Positions 8,582 to 19,951 of a stretch of DNA of 64,000 bases are shown in pieces. The position numbers were made by a program, and so were the translations under genes. The notes under the pieces are model-generated. The model was not told the DNA's origin. It ran no database searches and saw only the letters and a program-made list of their open reading frames with translations. The stretch spans positions 3,296,001-3,360,000 of the forward strand of contig OY762911.1 of NCBI GenBank assembly GCA_963666565.1, read 5' to 3'. Numbering within the stretch: the first letter of the stretch is position 1; every line of letters starts with the position of its first letter. The DNA is from Thermoanaerobaculia bacterium. GTDB lineage: Bacteria > Acidobacteriota > Thermoanaerobaculia > Multivoradales > Multivoraceae.

Positions 8582-8839
8582 CTAGCTCGTGCCGAGTAGG
8601 TGGGACAGTTCCAGAACCGCCGCAAACTGCGCCGCGAGAAATGCCGCGACGCCGCCGTACAGCGTTCGCGTCATCCGCGCCTCGAGCTTCGCCAGGGCGG
8701 CGTCCAGGTCGGACCGCGTGACTAGGCCGTCCTCCGCCACGGCGTTGCGGATCGTTGCCGTCACGGCAGCGGCCTGCTTCGCATCCATGCCGGCGTCCTC
8801 CAGGCCGCGGGCCGCGGTGAGCGTGTCGAAGGTCGTCAT
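8582..8839 (-). CDS. DUF1640/CCDC90-like small coiled-coil membrane-anchored protein
   Basis: FDTLTAARGLEDAGM...QAAAV, VTRSDL and a C-terminal hydrophobic helix. Confidence 0.7.
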   Translation of the reverse strand: MTTFDTLTAARGLEDAGMDAKQAAAVTATIRNAVAEDGLVTRSDLDAALAKLEARMTRTLYGGVAAFLAAQFAAVLELSHLLGTS

Positions 8840-8845
8840 GGGCTG

Positions 8846-9838
8846 TCAGTCTATCCGCTCGGCGCCCCGCTGTCCCCCGGCCGCATCGCGCCTGAACGCC
8901 AGCAGTTCGCCGTAGCGGCCGGCGGCGTCCGGGGGCTCCCGGCCGTTCTCCTCCCGCGCGGCGCGGAGCCAGTCTGCGCTGGCCTTCAGGCCGCCGAAGG
9001 TGAACAGGTGGATGCCGGCCAGCGTGGTTCCCGGATTCCCGGCGAGATGGCGGGCGAGCGGCGCCGCGACGACGTCGGGCGACCAGCGGCCGGTCAGCCG
9101 CATCGCGCCGGGCCGGCGGCGCAGGAAGCGCGCCGACGGGCCGATGCCGCAGCGCGCCGCATAGATCGTCAGCGTATGCAGCCGGGCCGGTCCCGGCACG
9201 CCGATGCGCACTGGCAGCGTGCATCCGGCGTCCTCGATGCGTGCCAGCCAGTTCAGGAACGGCGCCGGCGAGAATCCGAACTGGGTCACGACCCACATCC
9301 GCGTGCCGGTCGCGGCGGCGTACTCGATCTTGCGCGAGAGCGCGGAGTCGAGGCGCCCGCGGTCGACGAAGGGATGACCTTCCGGATGGGCCGCGATTCC
9401 CAGGCTGCGAAAGCCGCGCTCCGCCAGCAGGCCGGAGTCGAGGACCGCCAGAGCGTCGGGATACGGTCCGGCCGCTTCGGCGCGGTCGCCGGCCACGAGC
9501 AGCAGGGAGTCGACGCCGGCGCCGGCCAGTTCGGACAGCCGCGCGTCGAGCTCGGCGGCGCTTCGCAATTCCCTGGCGAGCAGGTGCGGCACGGGCTTCA
9601 TCCCGGCCGACAGGATCCGCTCGCACGCCGCGACCGTGTCCCGCCAGCGGCCCCTGGGCAGGAACGGCACGTAGACGCTGGCGCCCCGGGGAAGGTGGCG
9701 CGCCAGCGATTCGCCCACCGCGTGCGGCGGCACCTCGACCGACGCCCCGACCGCCAGGTCGCGCAGGGCGGACCGCTCGCCGTCCTCGTCCGGCGCCGCC
9801 ATCGACGGCGCGGGCCGCTCCGACGAACCGAACCGCAT
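8846..9838 (-). CDS. metF: methylenetetrahydrofolate reductase-like protein
   Basis: PVPHLLAR, LLVAGD, AAHPEGHP and VTQFGF motifs in the C-terminal part of ORF 8846..11404; start approximate. Confidence 0.8.
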   Translation of the reverse strand: MRFGSSERPAPSMAAPDEDGERSALRDLAVGASVEVPPHAVGESLARHLPRGASVYVPFLPRGRWRDTVAACERILSAGMKPVPHLLARELRSAAELDARLSELAGAGVDSLLLVAGDRAEAAGPYPDALAVLDSGLLAERGFRSLGIAAHPEGHPFVDRGRLDSALSRKIEYAAATGTRMWVVTQFGFSPAPFLNWLARIEDAGCTLPVRIGVPGPARLHTLTIYAARCGIGPSARFLRRRPGAMRLTGRWSPDVVAAPLARHLAGNPGTTLAGIHLFTFGGLKASADWLRAAREENGREPPDAAGRYGELLAFRRDAAGGQRGAERID

Positions 9839-9855
9839 TCCGCGCGCTCCCGGCC

Positions 9856-11160
9856 TCAGTCCGCCGCGTCCTCGCCGCGGGCGTGCGCCAGTTCGCGCGC
9901 ACTCGGGTTCACCGACTCGCGGAACGGCACCTCGCATACCCGCGCCGGGTCGGGCCGGCCCGGTTCCGTGGCGTACTCGTCGGGGAGTTGGACGAGGAGC
10001 TCCGTTCCAACCGCCGACTTCGCCACAGGCACGTAGCCCAGCGCGATGTTGCAGCCGAGCTCGGGTGCGTGCCACGGCGATGTCAGATAGCCGATCGGAT
10101 CGCCGCCGTCCGCGTCCGACACCAGCCAGAAGTCCGGCGCGTAGTCGTCGATCGGCTTGCCGCCCACGGTCATGCCGACCAGGAGCATCGAGAACGGCGG
10201 CCGCCCGGCCTCGATCTCCTCGCGCATCCGCTCCAGGGCCTCCCGGCCGATGTAGTCGCCCTCCTTCTTGCGGGGCACCTGGTAGGCCAGGTTGCACTGG
10301 AACGGCGTCGTCTCGTGGTCCATGTCCTGTCCCCAGGACAGGATGCCGGCCTGGATGCGCCGCTGGTGGCCCGGGGCGATGACCGTGAGCCGGTGGCGCT
10401 CGCCCGCCCGGAGCACCGCGTTCCACAGCGTCTCGGCGTGCAGCGTGGCGTCGCGCAGGTAGATCTCGTAGCCCTTCTCGCCGGAGAAGCCGGACTGCGA
10501 GATCACCACCCGGCAACCCTCGATCTCTGCCTCCAGCAGGCCGTAGTAGGGAATGTCCCGGATCCGCTCCCCGACCAGATCGACCATCAGCGCCAGCGAC
10601 TTCGGCCCCTGGATCTGCACCGGGCAGACGTCGATCTCGTCGATCTCCACGTCCATTTTCAGGCCGACATTCAGGCCCTGGAGCCAGAACAGGATGTCGG
10701 AGTCGGCCAGCGAGAACCAGAACTCGTCCTCCGACAGGCGCAACAGCACGGGGTCGTTGAGGATGCCGCCCTTCTCGTTGCACAGGATGACGTACCGGCC
10801 GCGCATCGGCAGAATCCGCGTCGCGTCGCGGGTGATGACGTAGTCGGTGAAGCGCTCGGCGTCCGGACCCGCGACCCGGATCTGGCGCTCCACCGCGACG
10901 TTCCACATCGTCACGTGCTTCGTCAGCGCCTCGTGCTCGGCGGCGGCGCCGCCGTCCTCCGGCCGGACGTAGCCGCGGGGATGGTAGATGCGGTTGTAGA
11001 CCGTGGCCCGCCAGCAACCGGCCTCGTGGGACAGGTGCCAGTAGGGAGATTTCCGCACGCGGGTCGAGATCAGCAGCTCGACCGGCGTCCGGCCGCTCTG
11101 GCGCAGGTTGATCGGGACGATCCGGTCGGACTGATCGACGCTTCCAGGCTGGCCGCTCAT
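9856..11160 (-). CDS. GcvT-family THF-dependent methyltransferase (DmdA-like)
   Basis: MWNVAVERQ, NDPVLLRL...WFSLADSD, IQGPKS, SGFSGEKGYEIY and RRIQAGILSWG motifs. Confidence 0.85.
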   Translation of the reverse strand: MSGQPGSVDQSDRIVPINLRQSGRTPVELLISTRVRKSPYWHLSHEAGCWRATVYNRIYHPRGYVRPEDGGAAAEHEALTKHVTMWNVAVERQIRVAGPDAERFTDYVITRDATRILPMRGRYVILCNEKGGILNDPVLLRLSEDEFWFSLADSDILFWLQGLNVGLKMDVEIDEIDVCPVQIQGPKSLALMVDLVGERIRDIPYYGLLEAEIEGCRVVISQSGFSGEKGYEIYLRDATLHAETLWNAVLRAGERHRLTVIAPGHQRRIQAGILSWGQDMDHETTPFQCNLAYQVPRKKEGDYIGREALERMREEIEAGRPPFSMLLVGMTVGGKPIDDYAPDFWLVSDADGGDPIGYLTSPWHAPELGCNIALGYVPVAKSAVGTELLVQLPDEYATEPGRPDPARVCEVPFRESVNPSARELAHARGEDAAD

Positions 11161-11306
11161 TGCACCTCCCTTTTTCGTGCGTCCGGCGCGGCAGAAGGCG
11201 CCCGGAAGCTGGCGCTCGGTGCCGGATGCAAGCGAGGACGCCGGTGCACCCGGTTTCGGCCGCTTCTGCCGCGCGGGCGTCTGGGCTACGATGACTCACA
11301 GGGACG

Positions 11307-13865
11307 ATGACCGCAAGTACCTCCGTGCCGCCGGCGCCGCCCCCGACCGTGGCGCCGCCCCAGCGAGCGACCATCGCCGTCATCGGCGCCGGCATCGTCG
11401 GCAACTTCCTCGTCCATCACCTGGCCGAGCTCGGCTGGCGCGACCTCGTGCTGATCGACAAGGGACCGCTGCCCAATCCGGGCGGCTCGACCGGCCACGC
11501 CTCGAACTTCATCTTCCCCACGGACCACAACCGCGAGATCGCGATGCTGACGCTGGAGAGCCAGCGCCAGTACGCGGCGCTCGGCGTCAACACCGCCTGC
11601 GGCGGCATCGAGGTGGCGCGCACCGAGGAGCGGATGGAGGAACTGCGCCGGCGAATGACCTCGGCGCGGACCTGGGGCATCGAGACGGAACTGCTGAACC
11701 CTGCGGAAGTCGTCGGGAAGGTGCCGTTCGTCAACGCCGACGTCGTCCTGGGCGGATTCTTCACCCCGAGCGCGTCCGTGGTCGACTCGGTGCGGGCCGG
11801 AACCCTCGCTCGCGAGCGGGCGCTGGCGAAGGGCGCGCTCACCGTGCTCGACGAGACCGAGGTGACCGGCATCGAGGTCGAGCGCCGCCCGTTCGCCCGG
11901 CCGCGGGTCCGCGCCGTCGCGACCGACCGCGGCACGATCGCGGCGGACCGGGTCGTCGTCGCCTGCGGCGTCTGGAGCCCGCGGATCGCCGCGATGGCCG
12001 GAGCGACGATTCCGCTCACCCCGGCGGTCCACCAGATGGCCGACTTCGGCCCGATCGATCTGCTGCACCGCACAGGGAACGAGATCGGCTATCCGATCGT
12101 GCGCGACATGGACACCTTCATGTACGAGCGCCAGGACCACGACGCGATGGAGGTCGGCTCTTACGCCCACCGGCCGATCCTGGTCCGGCCCGACGAGATC
12201 CCCTCGCTCGCCGAGGCGAAGCGCACGCCGACCGAGATGCCGTTCACCGCCGGCGACTTCGCGCCCCAGCTCGAGGAGGCGCGGCGGCTGATGGGCGGCC
12301 TGCTCGCCGACTCGGAGATGCGCTACTCGGTCAACGGGTTGCTGTCCCTGACGCCCGACGCGCAGCAGGTGCTGGGCGAGACAGCCGAGGTCGAGAATCT
12401 CTGGTCGGCGGCGGCGGTCTGGATCAAGGAGGGTCCCGGCAGCGCGCGGCTGATCGCCGAGTGGATCACCCACGGCTACCCGCGCCTGTGCGACCCGCAC
12501 GGGTCGGACGTGACCCGCTTCTACCCGCACGAGCGGACCGAGCGGCACGTCCGGCGGCGCTGCCGCGAGCACTTCAACAAGACCTACGGCATAGTCCATC
12601 CCCGCGAGCAGTGGGAGTCGGAGCGCGGCGTCCACCGGGCGCCGTTCCACGACCGCACCGCGGCTCTCGGCGCCGAGTACTACGAGGCGCGCGGCTGGGA
12701 GCGCCCCCAGTGGTACGCCTCGAACGAGGACCTGGTCGCCCGCTACGGGGTCGCCGACCGTCCCCACGAATGGGACCGCCGCTGGTGGTCGCCGATCGTC
12801 GACGCGGAGCACCTGCACCTGCGCGAGAAGGCCGGCATCGTCGACCTGAGCGCGTTCCAGGTGTTCGAGGTCTCCGGTCCGGGCGTCGTGCCCTACATCG
12901 AGCGGTTGACGGTCAACCGCTGCGACCGGCCGACGGGCAGTTCCATCTACACGCCGCTGCTGACGCCGGAGGGCGGCATCCGTGCCGACCTGACGATCCA
13001 GCGTCTGGCGGAGGACCGCTTTCGCGTCGTCACCGGCGCCTTCGACGGGGCGCGCGACCGCGTCTGGTTCGAGCGCCACCTCCCCGCCGACGGTTCGGTC
13101 CGGTTCGAGGACCGTTCGGCCGCCCTGTGCACGATCGGCGTCTGGGGTCCGCGCGCACGGGCGCTGCTTGAGAAGATCGCCGACATCCCGCTCTCGCGGG
13201 AAGCGTTCCCGTACAGCACGGGGCGCGAAGCCGTCCTGGACGGCGTGCCGGCGACGATGCTCCGCATCTCCTACGTCGGCGAAAGCGGCTGGGAGATCTA
13301 CGCTCCCGCGCCGTGCGGCGTCCGCCTCTGGGACGCGATCCGGGAGGCTGGCCGGGAGCTCGGCGCGCGGCCGGTCGGCATCGGCGTCTACGGCACGACC
13401 GGCCGTCTGGAGAAGGGCTACGCGCTGATGGGCGCGGACCTGACCTCGGAGTACACGCCGGTCGAGGCCGGCCTGGCCCGGCGCGGCGTCAAGAAGGCGG
13501 ACTTCATCGGCAAGGAGGCCTACCTCCGGGCGCGGGCCGAAGGGCCGGCGGCGAAGCTGTGCACGCTGACGATGGACGACCACGCCAGCGCGTCCGGGGT
13601 CCCCCGCTTCCCCACCGGCGGCGCCGAGCCGATCCTGACCCTCGACGGCGAACGGATCGTGGACGCCCACGGGCGGGAATCCCGAGTCACCTCCGCCGGC
13701 ATGGGGCCGTCGGTCGGCAAGTACATCCTGTTCGCCTACCTGCCGCTCGAGCACGCCGGGGCCGGAACCCGGCTGCAGGTCCTCTACATGAACGAGCCCT
13801 TCCCCGTCACCGTCGCCGCGGGTCCGGCCCTGTTCGATCCCGGCAACGCGCGGATGAAGGCGTAA
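11307..13865 (+). CDS. dimethylglycine/sarcosine dehydrogenase-like FAD oxidoreductase with GcvT C-terminal domain
   Basis: IGAGIVG, GGSTGHA (covalent FAD His), GWERPQW and GESGWEIY; 852 aa. Confidence 0.9.
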   Translation: MTASTSVPPAPPPTVAPPQRATIAVIGAGIVGNFLVHHLAELGWRDLVLIDKGPLPNPGGSTGHASNFIFPTDHNREIAMLTLESQRQYAALGVNTACGGIEVARTEERMEELRRRMTSARTWGIETELLNPAEVVGKVPFVNADVVLGGFFTPSASVVDSVRAGTLARERALAKGALTVLDETEVTGIEVERRPFARPRVRAVATDRGTIAADRVVVACGVWSPRIAAMAGATIPLTPAVHQMADFGPIDLLHRTGNEIGYPIVRDMDTFMYERQDHDAMEVGSYAHRPILVRPDEIPSLAEAKRTPTEMPFTAGDFAPQLEEARRLMGGLLADSEMRYSVNGLLSLTPDAQQVLGETAEVENLWSAAAVWIKEGPGSARLIAEWITHGYPRLCDPHGSDVTRFYPHERTERHVRRRCREHFNKTYGIVHPREQWESERGVHRAPFHDRTAALGAEYYEARGWERPQWYASNEDLVARYGVADRPHEWDRRWWSPIVDAEHLHLREKAGIVDLSAFQVFEVSGPGVVPYIERLTVNRCDRPTGSSIYTPLLTPEGGIRADLTIQRLAEDRFRVVTGAFDGARDRVWFERHLPADGSVRFEDRSAALCTIGVWGPRARALLEKIADIPLSREAFPYSTGREAVLDGVPATMLRISYVGESGWEIYAPAPCGVRLWDAIREAGRELGARPVGIGVYGTTGRLEKGYALMGADLTSEYTPVEAGLARRGVKKADFIGKEAYLRARAEGPAAKLCTLTMDDHASASGVPRFPTGGAEPILTLDGERIVDAHGRESRVTSAGMGPSVGKYILFAYLPLEHAGAGTRLQVLYMNEPFPVTVAAGPALFDPGNARMKA

Positions 13866-13868
13866 CCG

Positions 13869-15184
<1,316 letters not shown>

Positions 15185-15188
<4 letters not shown>

Positions 15189-15769
15189 AGCAACCCCTCC
15201 TGCTGCAGATCCTCCTCCTCGGCGCCGGCCTTCAGTTCGCGCAGCCGCCGCCAGTTGCGCGCCGCCTCCGCCAGCCCCTGGAGGGCGAGCAGCGCGAACG
15301 CGACCAGCAGGACGCTCTTGATCGGATACCGCGGCAACCCTCCCGGATCGGACGACACCTCGAGCACCGCCCAGGAGTTCCGGACCGCCGGCCAGGACAT
15401 GACGAGCCCGAAGACCGCGAACGGAACCAGGAACAGCAGCGATCCCCAGAGGTCGATCCGCCGCCGCCAGCGCTCCGGCAGCCGGCTGAAGATCACGTCG
15501 ACGCGCACGTGGGCGCCCGTCAGCAGCGCGTACGCGGCGCCCAGCAGGAAGACCAGGCTGAACATGTACCACTGGAGTTCGAGGTAGGCGTTCGAGCTCA
15601 GGTTCCAGCCGGTGAAACGGCCCAGGTAGCGGACCACCGCGTTGTACGCTCCGACCGCGACCATGGCCAGCGTCAGCCAGGAAACCGCGACGCCGAGGCG
15701 TGTATTGAGACGATCGGTCCAGGCCACGAAACGTGCCAGGAAGCCGCCCGGGGTTGGTGCTGACGCCAT
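15185..15769 (-). CDS. TRAP transporter small permease (DctQ-like)
   Basis: ELQWY, HVRVDV and DPGGLP; about 4 TM helices. Confidence 0.9.
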
Positions 15770-15892
15770 GAGCGCGGGCAGGCTACCAGTCCGCGCACCC
15801 GCGACGGCAGGGACTGCCGGCGCGGCGCGGAGACCGGAAGCGGGGCAGGCGCCGGGGACCGCGAGGCCTCCCGCGGCGCTGCCGGCCAGCGC

Positions 15893-17224
15893 GTGATCGC
15901 CGGTTCCGCGCCCGCAGGGGCGAGCCTGAGCCGCCGGTTCGCCCGGTTGACGGCGCTCAACGTGGCCTCCAACCTGACCGTTCCGCTCGCGGGCCTCGCC
16001 GACACCGTGATGCTGGGGCGGCTCGACGACGTCCGCTTCCTGGCCGGCGTCATCCTGGCGGCGCTGATCTTCGACTACCTCTACTTCGGCTGCGCGTTCC
16101 TGCGCATGAGCACGACCGGCATGACGGCGCAGTCCTGCGGCCGGGGAGATCCGCTGGAGATCGCGGCCCACCTCTACCGCGCCCTCCTGATCGCGGCCGT
16201 CCTGGGCGCCCTGGCGCTCCTGCTGCGGGATCCGATGGGCGACCTCGGCTTCCGTCTTCTCGCCGGCGAGCCGGAAGTGGAGAACGCGGGCCGCGAGTAC
16301 TTCGACGCCCGCATCTGGGGCGCGCCGGCGACGCTCGCCAACCTCGCGTTGACCGGCTGGTTCCTGGGCCGCGCGCAGGCGGCCCGCGCCCTGGCCGTCG
16401 TCGCGGCGGCGAACCTCGGCAACGTGGCGCTCAACTGGTGGTTCATCGTCCACCTCGGCTGGGCGGCCTTCGGAGCCGGCGTCGCCACCGCGGCCGCGCA
16501 GTGGCTGGGGGCACTCCTCGGGCTGGCGCTGGCCGTGGGCGCCGGCCTGCCGGCCGTCTCCTGGCGGCGGCTCCTGGACTCCGCCGAGCTGCGCCGCATC
16601 GTCGCGCTCAACGGCCACCTCGTGATCCGAACGCTGTTCCTGGTCACGGCCTTCGCCGCCTTCACGAACCTGAGCGCTCTCTTCGGCACCGCCAGGCTGG
16701 CCGCCAACGGCCTCGTCCTGCGCCTGCTGGGCGTGGCCTCCTACCTGATCGACGGCGCCGCGTTCGCCGGCGAAACCCTGGCGGGAGCGGCGTTCGGCGC
16801 CGGCGACCGCGCCGGACTGCGGCGGGTCCTCGTTCTCACCGTGCTCGTCGCCGAGGCGTGCGCGATCGTCTTCCTGCTTCCCGTCCTGATCCTGCCGGAG
16901 TCGATCTACGGCCTGCTCGCCGACTACCCGGACGTCGTCGACCTCGCGGCCGCCAGCAACGTGTGGCTGCTGCCGGTACTCCTCTTCGCCGCCCTCGCCT
17001 ACGCCTTCGACGGGTTCTTCCTGGGCCTGACGCGGGGCAGGCTGCTGAGCCGCGCGATGGCGGTCAGCCTGGCGGCGGGCTTCGCTCCCTTCGCCTGGGC
17101 GGCGGTCCACTTCCGGGACCAGCACCTCCTCTGGCTCGGCATGGTCGGCCTGATGGCGGCGAGGGCTGGAACGCTCGGCTACGCGGCGCGCCGGTACTTC
17201 ACGCCGGACCGCGGCGGCGCCTGA
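15893..17224 (+). CDS. MATE-family efflux transporter (DinF-like)
   Basis: NLTVPLAGLADT, FLRMSTTG and RIWGAP; about 12 TM helices. Confidence 0.9.
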   Translation: MIAGSAPAGASLSRRFARLTALNVASNLTVPLAGLADTVMLGRLDDVRFLAGVILAALIFDYLYFGCAFLRMSTTGMTAQSCGRGDPLEIAAHLYRALLIAAVLGALALLLRDPMGDLGFRLLAGEPEVENAGREYFDARIWGAPATLANLALTGWFLGRAQAARALAVVAAANLGNVALNWWFIVHLGWAAFGAGVATAAAQWLGALLGLALAVGAGLPAVSWRRLLDSAELRRIVALNGHLVIRTLFLVTAFAAFTNLSALFGTARLAANGLVLRLLGVASYLIDGAAFAGETLAGAAFGAGDRAGLRRVLVLTVLVAEACAIVFLLPVLILPESIYGLLADYPDVVDLAAASNVWLLPVLLFAALAYAFDGFFLGLTRGRLLSRAMAVSLAAGFAPFAWAAVHFRDQHLLWLGMVGLMAARAGTLGYAARRYFTPDRGGA

Positions 17225-17309
17225 GAAGAGAAGCCGCGGCAGCCGGGGCAGCGGCTACACTCCGGGCCGCCGGCACATCGTCCACCAGCCCCGGGGAGGC
17301 CGAACGCAC

Positions 17310-18095
17310 ATGGGAAAGCTCGAAGGAAAGACCGCCCTGGTAACCGGCGGCGGCACCGGCATCGGCCGGGCCACCGCGCTAATGTTCGCGCGCGAGGGCG
17401 CGTCGGTCGTCGTGTCCGGCCGTCGAATCGAGCCGCTGGAAGCGGTCGTCGCGGAGATCGAGGCGGCCGGCGGCGCCGCCTGGGCCCACTCCGCGGACAT
17501 GGAGGACCCGGAAGCCGTTCGGGGACTGGCCGCGGCCATCCTCGCACGCCACGACACGATCGACGTTCTGGTCCACAACGCCGGCCACAGCTCGAAGGTG
17601 CGCAGTACCCGCTACATCTCGCAGGAGGAGTGGGACAGCGTCATCGCGGTCAACGCCACCGGCCCCGCGATGCTGACCAAGGCCCTGCTGCCGGCGATGC
17701 TCGACCGCGGCGGCGCCACCGTCATCATGGTCTCCTCGATGGCGGCGATCCGGCCCGGCGTCATGGCGGGCACGGCCTACGGCGCGGCCAAGGCGGCTTC
17801 CCGGAACTACATCATGGGGCTCGGCGCCGAACTGCGCCAGCTCGGCATCCGCGCCACCAGCGTCCTTCCCGGCGAGGTCGACACGCCGATCCTCGACAAC
17901 CGGCCCCGGCCGCCGTCGGAAGAGGAACGGGCCGGGATGATGGCGTCCGAAGACATCGCCGAGGCGATCCTCACCGCGGCGGCTCTGCCCGAGCGCACCG
18001 TGATCGAGGAGATGACCCTGATGCCGACGAAGCTGCGCGACTACTCCGCCGACATCGCCGCGGCGCGGACTCTCGGCGCCCCCGAGGAGGGTTGA
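17310..18095 (+). CDS. short-chain dehydrogenase/reductase
   Basis: TGGGTGIG, HNAG and YGAAK motifs. Confidence 0.93.
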   Translation: MGKLEGKTALVTGGGTGIGRATALMFAREGASVVVSGRRIEPLEAVVAEIEAAGGAAWAHSADMEDPEAVRGLAAAILARHDTIDVLVHNAGHSSKVRSTRYISQEEWDSVIAVNATGPAMLTKALLPAMLDRGGATVIMVSSMAAIRPGVMAGTAYGAAKAASRNYIMGLGAELRQLGIRATSVLPGEVDTPILDNRPRPPSEEERAGMMASEDIAEAILTAAALPERTVIEEMTLMPTKLRDYSADIAAARTLGAPEEG

Positions 18096-18171
18096 CCATG
18101 TCTGGGAAGCCGCGCAACGGCGCCGGCGCGGCGCTGCCAAGCGCTCCCGGCCCGCTGCAGGAGGATTGTCC

Positions 18172-18675
18172 ATGCCGACGATGACCCACGCCGAACGCGA
18201 CGCCTTCCTCGCCGAGCCCGGTATCCTGATGCGGATCGGCACCGTCTGCGACGACGGCCGGCCCCTGGTGACGCCGATCTGGTTCATCTTCGAGGAAGGC
18301 GCGATCTGGTTTACCCCTCGGGAGAACTCCGCCTGGTTCGCCAATCTGCGCCGCGATCCGCGAACCTGCCTCGCCATCGACGAACAGGACCTCCCCTACC
18401 GCAAGGTCCTGGTCGAGGGCGAGGCGGAACTCGTGCACGACATCGGCGTCGACGACGTCTGGCGCGACCGCTACCGCCGCATCGCCTGCCGCTACGTCCC
18501 GGAGGACGCCGCCGAGGACTACATCCAGGCAACGATCGACCAGCCGCGGGGCCTCTACCGGCTGCCCCTGGAGTCGGCCGCCGTCCGCACCTGGCGCATG
18601 CCGATCGACGACGAGGACCAGGCGGGCATCTGGCACCAGCGCTACTACCGTCCGGGGACGAAGCTCAGGCGCTGA
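18172..18675 (+). CDS. pyridoxamine 5'-phosphate oxidase-like (PPOX/FDOR, possibly F420-dependent) protein
   Basis: DGRPLVTPIWF and NLRRDPR split-barrel motifs. Confidence 0.75.
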   Translation: MPTMTHAERDAFLAEPGILMRIGTVCDDGRPLVTPIWFIFEEGAIWFTPRENSAWFANLRRDPRTCLAIDEQDLPYRKVLVEGEAELVHDIGVDDVWRDRYRRIACRYVPEDAAEDYIQATIDQPRGLYRLPLESAAVRTWRMPIDDEDQAGIWHQRYYRPGTKLRR

Positions 18676-18767
18676 TCTCCGCGGAGAGCACGCTAGACGG
18701 CCGCGGCTGGCTTCTCCTGCCCTCCGACCGCGCCGCCGAATCGCCGCGGCCTTCGGCCCGTCCGGCG

Positions 18768-19220
18768 TCATGCCGTCTCTTCGGACCTTTCCGGAACTCG
18801 TCGTTCGGTCAGTTCGCGAACCGCCGCCCAGACCAGGACGGCGATCGGCGCGGCGGCCAGCAACGCCGTCGCGAAGCGGCTCGCCGCGGTGTTCCACGGC
18901 AGCAGCAGCCAGTCGATCGCCGTGGGCGCAAGGAAGAGGAGGATCCGCCGGGGCCGGTCGAGCAGCCAGTCGCGGAACCGGCGAACGCGTGGAAGCACGG
19001 CCAGCCCCAGGGTGAAGCCGACGTAGAACCCGAAACAGCGGTGGCAGACCGCCAGCGGGTGGCCCGCCAGGTGAAAGCAGCGCTCGGCGATCTGGTGGCA
19101 GACCGGCGCGAAGATCTCGTAGAGCACCGGCCCCAGCCGCCCGCCGGGCGCGGCGGCGAGAGGCGCGGCGACGACCATGCCGATCGCCAGGCAACAAGCC
19201 GCGGCCACCGCCGCGGTCAT
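18768..19220 (-). CDS. DUF2085-like membrane protein
   Basis: CHQIAERCF...VCHRCFGFY motif with TM helices; start approximate. Confidence 0.75.
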   Translation of the reverse strand: MTAAVAAACCLAIGMVVAAPLAAAPGGRLGPVLYEIFAPVCHQIAERCFHLAGHPLAVCHRCFGFYVGFTLGLAVLPRVRRFRDWLLDRPRRILLFLAPTAIDWLLLPWNTAASRFATALLAAAPIAVLVWAAVRELTERRVPERSEETA

Positions 19221-19379
19221 CCGGCCAGTGGTCGCCAGCGCGGAGAGTACCGTTCCCGTCGAGCCCGGGCCCTCGGAAGCTGCGGCGAAGACGCTTCCGG
19301 GCGAGACTTCGGGACGCCGGCGGAGCATTGCGAGTTAGTCTAGCGATTCCACCAGCCCCTGAGTTCAGAAGGAGCCTCC

Positions 19380-19856
19380 ATGTCCCAGAACCGCATCAAG
19401 GCCATCGCCATCGGCGGCGGCGCCGCCGGCATTGCCAGTCAGGTCCCGATTCTCAACATTCTCAACGTCCTGTGCTGCGCGCTGATCGTCGGTGGCGCGA
19501 TCCTCGCCGTCTACCTGGCGTTCCGGGGCGAGGACGCGACGGAGAGCCCGTACGGCGCCGGCGCCGGAATCGGCGCTCTGTCCGGCGTGGTCGCCGCGGT
19601 GGTCGGGACGATCGTCTCCATCCCCGTCACCCTGATCTTCGGCAACGTGGCGGCGGAGACGCTCCAGGAGCTTCTCGAGAACGACGGGATCCAGCTCGAA
19701 GGGGCGCCCAGGCAGATGATCGAGTCGTTCGCGGGTTCCGGCGATTCCATCGGCGCCCTGGCCCTGATGACCGGCCTGGTCTTCAGCCTGATCGTCAACA
19801 GCATCTTCGGCGCCCTCGGCGGCGTCCTCGGCGCGGCCTTCTTCCGCAAGAAGTAG
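19380..19856 (+). CDS. hypothetical membrane protein
   Basis: AAGGAG RBS; about 4 hydrophobic helices, LNVLCC. Confidence 0.8.
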   Translation: MSQNRIKAIAIGGGAAGIASQVPILNILNVLCCALIVGGAILAVYLAFRGEDATESPYGAGAGIGALSGVVAAVVGTIVSIPVTLIFGNVAAETLQELLENDGIQLEGAPRQMIESFAGSGDSIGALALMTGLVFSLIVNSIFGALGGVLGAAFFRKK

Positions 19857-19951
19857 AGCCACAGGACCACCGCGACGGCGGGCCAGCCCGCCCGCGACTC
19901 GCCGCTCCGGCCTCCGCGGCATCGGTATGATCCCCTCGTGGGGATCGATCG

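Noticed and set aside
8846-11404. 852-aa minus-strand ORF suggesting a large MetF fusion
   Set aside because: The N-terminal 520 aa are Arg/Pro-rich off-frame translation over the GcvT-like gene; only 8846-9838 looks coding.
11286-13754. Long antisense or alternate-frame ORFs here and at 27905-30220, 39454-41859, 50514-53387, 51124-53385 and 59609-61855
   Set aside because: They overlap well-supported genes, have biased Arg/Gly/Pro composition and no motifs, as expected for high-GC shadow ORFs.
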